DNA of 64,000 nt from the human T2T-CHM13v2.0 reference genome, Homo sapiens: assembly GCF_009914755.1 (NCBI RefSeq), contig NC_060934.1. The stretch is one strand, 5' to 3'. The first letter of the stretch is position 1; each line of letters opens with the position of its first letter. The notes beneath the pieces were generated by a model that saw only the letters and a list, made by a program, of their open reading frames with translations, searched no databases and was not told the origin of the DNA. Shown here piece by piece: positions 59,778 to 64,000 of the stretch. The position numbers and the translations under genes were made by a program.

Positions 59778-59947
59778 GTCCATCTTAACTATTAATGGTC
59801 ATTTGGGATTATGTTATTTAATTTTCATGTATTCATATAGTTTCCAAAGATCCTCTTGGTGTAGGTTTTTACTTGTATTTTATGGTGGTTCGAGTTATTT
59901 GCAATATATATATATTTTTTACTTTGTTGTCGTTTATAGCCTATTGT

Positions 59948-60278
59948 GTTTTGTTTTATTTTATTTATTTATTTATTTATGTATTTATTTATTTTTTGAG
60001 ACGGAGCCTTGCACTGTTGCCCAGGCTGGAGTGCAGTGGCGCAATCTCGGCTCACTGCAAGCTCCGCCTCCTGGGTTCACCCTGTTCTCCTGCCTCAGCC
60101 TCCTGAGTAGCTGGGACTACAGGCGCCCACCACCACGCCCCGCTAATTTTTTGTACCTTTAGTAGAGATGGGGTTTCACTGTGTTGGCCAGGATGGTCTC
60201 GATTTACTGACCTCGTGATCTGCCCGTCTCGGCCTCCCAAAGTGCTCGGGTTACAGGCGTGAGCCACACCGCTGGGGC
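59948..60278 (-). mobile_element. AluY-like
   Basis: CAAGCTCCGCC, GGATGGTCTCG, (TTTA)n tail; TSD AGCCTATTGT. Confidence 0.85.
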
Positions 60279-61094
60279 AGCCTATTGTTTTTTAAATGTT
60301 GACATTTGTAGGCTGTATGGAGAATGTGCTAATAAAAAGAACGTTTATTCCGCCCTTGTTGGATAAAATGTTTTGTAAATAACTATTAAAATCATTTGGC
60401 CTAAATTCCAGTTTAAATCCAGTGTTTGTTTTTTGATTTACTGTTTTAATAATCTTTTTCATGCTGAGGTGGGGGTATTGAAGTCTCCCACAGTTATTGT
60501 ATTGCAGTCTATTCCTCTTTTTAGATGTAGTAATATTTGCTTTATGAATCTGGGTATTCCAGTGTTTGCTGAATGTATATATTCAGAATTGTTATACTCT
60601 GTTGCTGGATTGATCACTTTATTATTATTTAATGAGTTTCTTTTCTTTTTCTAACTTAAATTCTGGTTTGTGTGATATAAGTATAGCTACTTCTGCTTAC
60701 TTTTGGTTTCTTGTTGCATGAAATATCTTTTTTCATGCTTTTGCTTTCTCATCTATATTTGTCTTAATAGGTGAGGTGCATTTCTTGTAGGCAGCATGTA
60801 GTCAGACCATGTTTTCTAAATTCATTCACACAGTCTATTATTTTAAGTGAATAATATAATGCATTTACATTCAAGGTTGTCTTTGATATCTAAGGTAGTG
60901 TTTCTGTTATATTCTTAACTGTTTTATATATTCTTTGTTCCTTACTATTTCTCTGACTTTGTCATTGTTGTTAGTTTTTTTGTAGTGGTACCATGAATCC
61001 TTGCTCTTCCTTATTTGTGTATTTGCTTTACCAATGGGTTTTTTAATTTTATTTGTTTTCATGAAGGTTTTCCTTTTGCTTCCAATTTTAGAAT

Positions 61095-62900
61095 TCATTT
61101 TATAAATAATTTTCATCTTAATTTCTTTGTTGACTTCACGGTCATTCATGTTATTTAAATTTCACTTATTTGTATAATTTCCAGAGTTTCTCTTGGTATT
61201 GATTTCTAGTTTTACTCCACTGTGGTCTGCGAAGATACTTAATCTGATTTCAGTATTTTAAAATTTGTTGAGACTTATTTTGTGGCCTAAAATATGGTCT
61301 GTCTTGGACAATAATCCATGTGCTGATGAGAAGAATATATATTCTGCAGTTGTTGAGTAGAATGTTCTGTAAATGTCTGTTAAGTCATTTGGTCTAAAGT
61401 CCCATTTTAGTCCAACGTTTATTTATTTATTTTCTATCTAGATAATTTGTCTAATGCTCTGAATGGTGTGTTGAATTTCCCAAGTATTATTGTATTTCTC
61501 CCTATCTCTCTGTTTATAACTAAATATAGGTTTTATAAATGTGGGTGATCCAGCATTTTGTAAATATATATTTGTAATTGGTGTAAGTTCTTAATGAATT
61601 GACCCCTTTATTATTATATAATAACCCTTTTGCATTTCCTTAACTGTTTTTGACTTAAGGTCTGATTTATCTGGTATAAGTGTAGCTTCTCCTTTTTGCT
61701 TTTAGTTTTCATTTGCATGGAGTATCTTTGTCCACTCCTTTACAGGTAACATGAGTTTCTCGTAAGCAGCATATAGCTCAAAATGTATTCAGCCAGTCTA
61801 TATATTTTTAAATGAATATTTAATCCATTTACAATCAAGGAATGTAATTGATATGTAAGGTTTTGTTCCTGTCATGTTATTGTTTTCTAGTTAATTTATA
61901 AATTCTTTGAATTTTTCCTTTTCTTTGACTGTCGTTGTTTGGTGGAGTTTCTGTAGTGGAGTTTCTGTAGTAAAGTCCTGTGATTCGTTTCTCTTCCTCC
62001 TTCATGTGATTGCTTTACCAGTGAGTTTTATACTTTCATGTGTTTTCCTGGTTGTAAATGTTGTCTTTTTACTTCCATGTTTAGGAATGAGTTGAGCATT
62101 TCTTGTAGGGCCAGTCTAGTGGTGACAAATTTCTTTAGGATTTGCTTGCCTGGAAAAGATTCATATATACTTTATTTATGAAGTTTAGCCTTGCTGAATG
62201 TGGAATTCTTAGCTGACATTATTTTTTCTTTCAGCATTTTGAAAATGCCATTCCACTGTTTTCTGGCCTTTATGATTTCTGCTGAGAAATCCACTGTTAG
62301 TCTGATGGGGTCTCCTTCATAGGTGAGTAGATGTACTTCTCTTTCTGGTTTTAGAATCTATGCATTTACATTGATTTGAGACAGTCAGATTTTAATGTGC
62401 TGTGGTGAAGTCCTTTTTCACTGCATTTGTTAGGGAACACTGAGCCTTCCATATCTGAATGTCTAAATCTCTTGCTAAATGTGGAAAGATTTTATCTGTT
62501 ATTTCATTAAATAGGTTCTCTAGGTCTTTTGAATTCTCATAACCCTTAAGAATACAATTCATAATTTGGTTTGTCCTATGGAGTCCCAAATGTCTCAAAG
62601 AGTTTCACTTATTTTAAAAATTTATTTTGCAAAATTTTGTCTTAATTATTTTAAAGGACCTACTTCAAGTCATGGAATTTTTTTCTTTTCCTTGGTATAG
62701 CCTATTTTTTAATGTTTTAAATGTGTTTTGTATTTCCTCCAATATATTTTTTTTCCTTCAGAATTTCTGGGTTTTCTTTTCTTTTCTTTTTTGAGATACC
62801 TATTTCCTTTCTCATTTGTACCTTGAATTGATTTTCTCACTTTCTTTTATTGGTTTTCAGATTTCCCATGCATCTCACTGAACTTCTTTAAACTTAATGT
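61095..62900 (-). mobile_element. Second old L1M segment (EN region and ORF1)
   Basis: Antisense EN-region sequence; ORF 62392-62598 ENLFNEITDKIFPHLARDLDIQI is L1 ORF1p-like. Confidence 0.8.
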
Positions 62901-63059
62901 TTTGTAATTTTTAGGGGGTGATGAATATATTTATTATCATGATAGTGGTGATGGTTTCATGGGCATACATGTGTCAAAACTTAACCAAATTTTACACCAT
63001 AAACAGGTGCAATTTATTGTATGGCAATTATACATCAATCAAAATGTTAAAATAGAGCC

Positions 63060-63780
63060 ACAAAATCCTTTCGATTTCTCTCAATACGAGATGGATTATA
63101 ATTCTCTTCCCCTGAGTGTGGGCTGGCCTTAGTGTATCATTTGACCATTAGAATATAGCAGATACTGGGACTTCTGAATGTAGGGCATAAGAGGCCTTGC
63201 ATCTTTGGTACAGCTGTCTGGGAACACTCTGAAAGCCCTGAGCTGCCACATAAGAAGTCTGGCTACCTTGAGACTGTGATGCTAGAGAGGCCATGTGTAG
63301 ATACTCCAGTTGAAGCTCCCAGCTGAGCCCAACCTTCTCCATCAAAGTGCCGGACATGTGAGTGACCAACCCAGCCCAGCCCAGATAACATCTGAATACC
63401 ACAGGGTAACCTTTGTTACTATCATGTGGAAAAAAAAAATATTACCCCAATTGAGCCCTGTTTGAGTTTCTGACATCTGGAATTGTGAGATATATTATAA
63501 TGAAATGCCTATTGTTTAAAGCCATTAGAAAGTTTTGGGGAAGTTTATTATGCAGCAGTAGATAACAAGAAATGAATTTGGCACATGGAAGTCGGAAGTG
63601 CTTTTTTAACAAAACTACGTGGCATTGAATTGGTACCGGGTAAGGGGCAGAAGCTGGAAGAGCCATGAAGAGACTGACAGTGAAGGGCTGAAGGACAATG
63701 AGGAAAATGTTATTAGAGCTGGAGAAGATATGACACATTATGTGGTGTAAGAAGTCTTGTGAACCTGCTGACTTTAAATA
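63060..63780 (+). mobile_element. MLT1F/G-like LTR (to ~63571) followed by MLT internal sequence
   Basis: CCCCTGAGTGTGGGCTGG..GCCCTGAGCTGCCAC..GCAGCAGTAGATAAC, then MLT-int-like GGCAGAAGCTGGAAGAG. Confidence 0.7.
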
Positions 63781-63839
63781 ATATTTTTGAATTTTTCTCT
63801 GATATTTTGAGGACTTATTTTTGGTTAAGATCTTTCCTT

Positions 63840-64000
63840 GCCGGACACAGTGGCTCACGCCTGTAATCCCAGCACTTTGGGAGCCTGAGGCAGGTGGATC
63901 ATGAGGTCAGGAGATCAAGACCATCCTGGCTAACATGATGAAAGCCCGCCTCTACTAAAAAAATACAAAGAAAATTAGCTGGCTGTGGTGGCGGGCGCCT
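63840..64000 (+). mobile_element. AluY/Sc, cut by the window end
   Basis: GCCGGACACAGTGGCTCACGCC..ACCATCCTGGCTAAC. Confidence 0.88.

Overview
Primate genomic DNA, almost certainly human because it carries a human-specific AluYb8-type insertion. It is dominated by transposable elements and contains no intact protein-coding gene. Left to right: the 5' half of an ERV9/HERV9 provirus (LTR12, minus strand) nested in L1; a mostly unique 10-36 kb stretch with 7SL and Y1 RNA pseudogenes and candidate + strand lncRNA exons; solo LTRs (MER84-like, LTR14, MER9, THE1, MLT1); an internally deleted MER61/HUERS-P3 provirus; a twin-primed L1PB; and a TMEM161B processed pseudogene inserted in an old L1. From memory, not a database check, this fits the 10p11.21 region downstream of ANKRD30A (LINC00993 / TMEM161BP1). 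I found no convincing new biological system. The most interesting signal is the TMEM161B retrocopy: inside its TSDs it starts with 32 nt of L1 3' sequence, joined at a predicted L1 splice donor directly to TMEM161B codon 2, so it may be a fossil of an L1-TMEM161B chimeric spliced RNA. Repeat subfamily names come from recalled consensus sequences and need RepeatMasker/Dfam confirmation.
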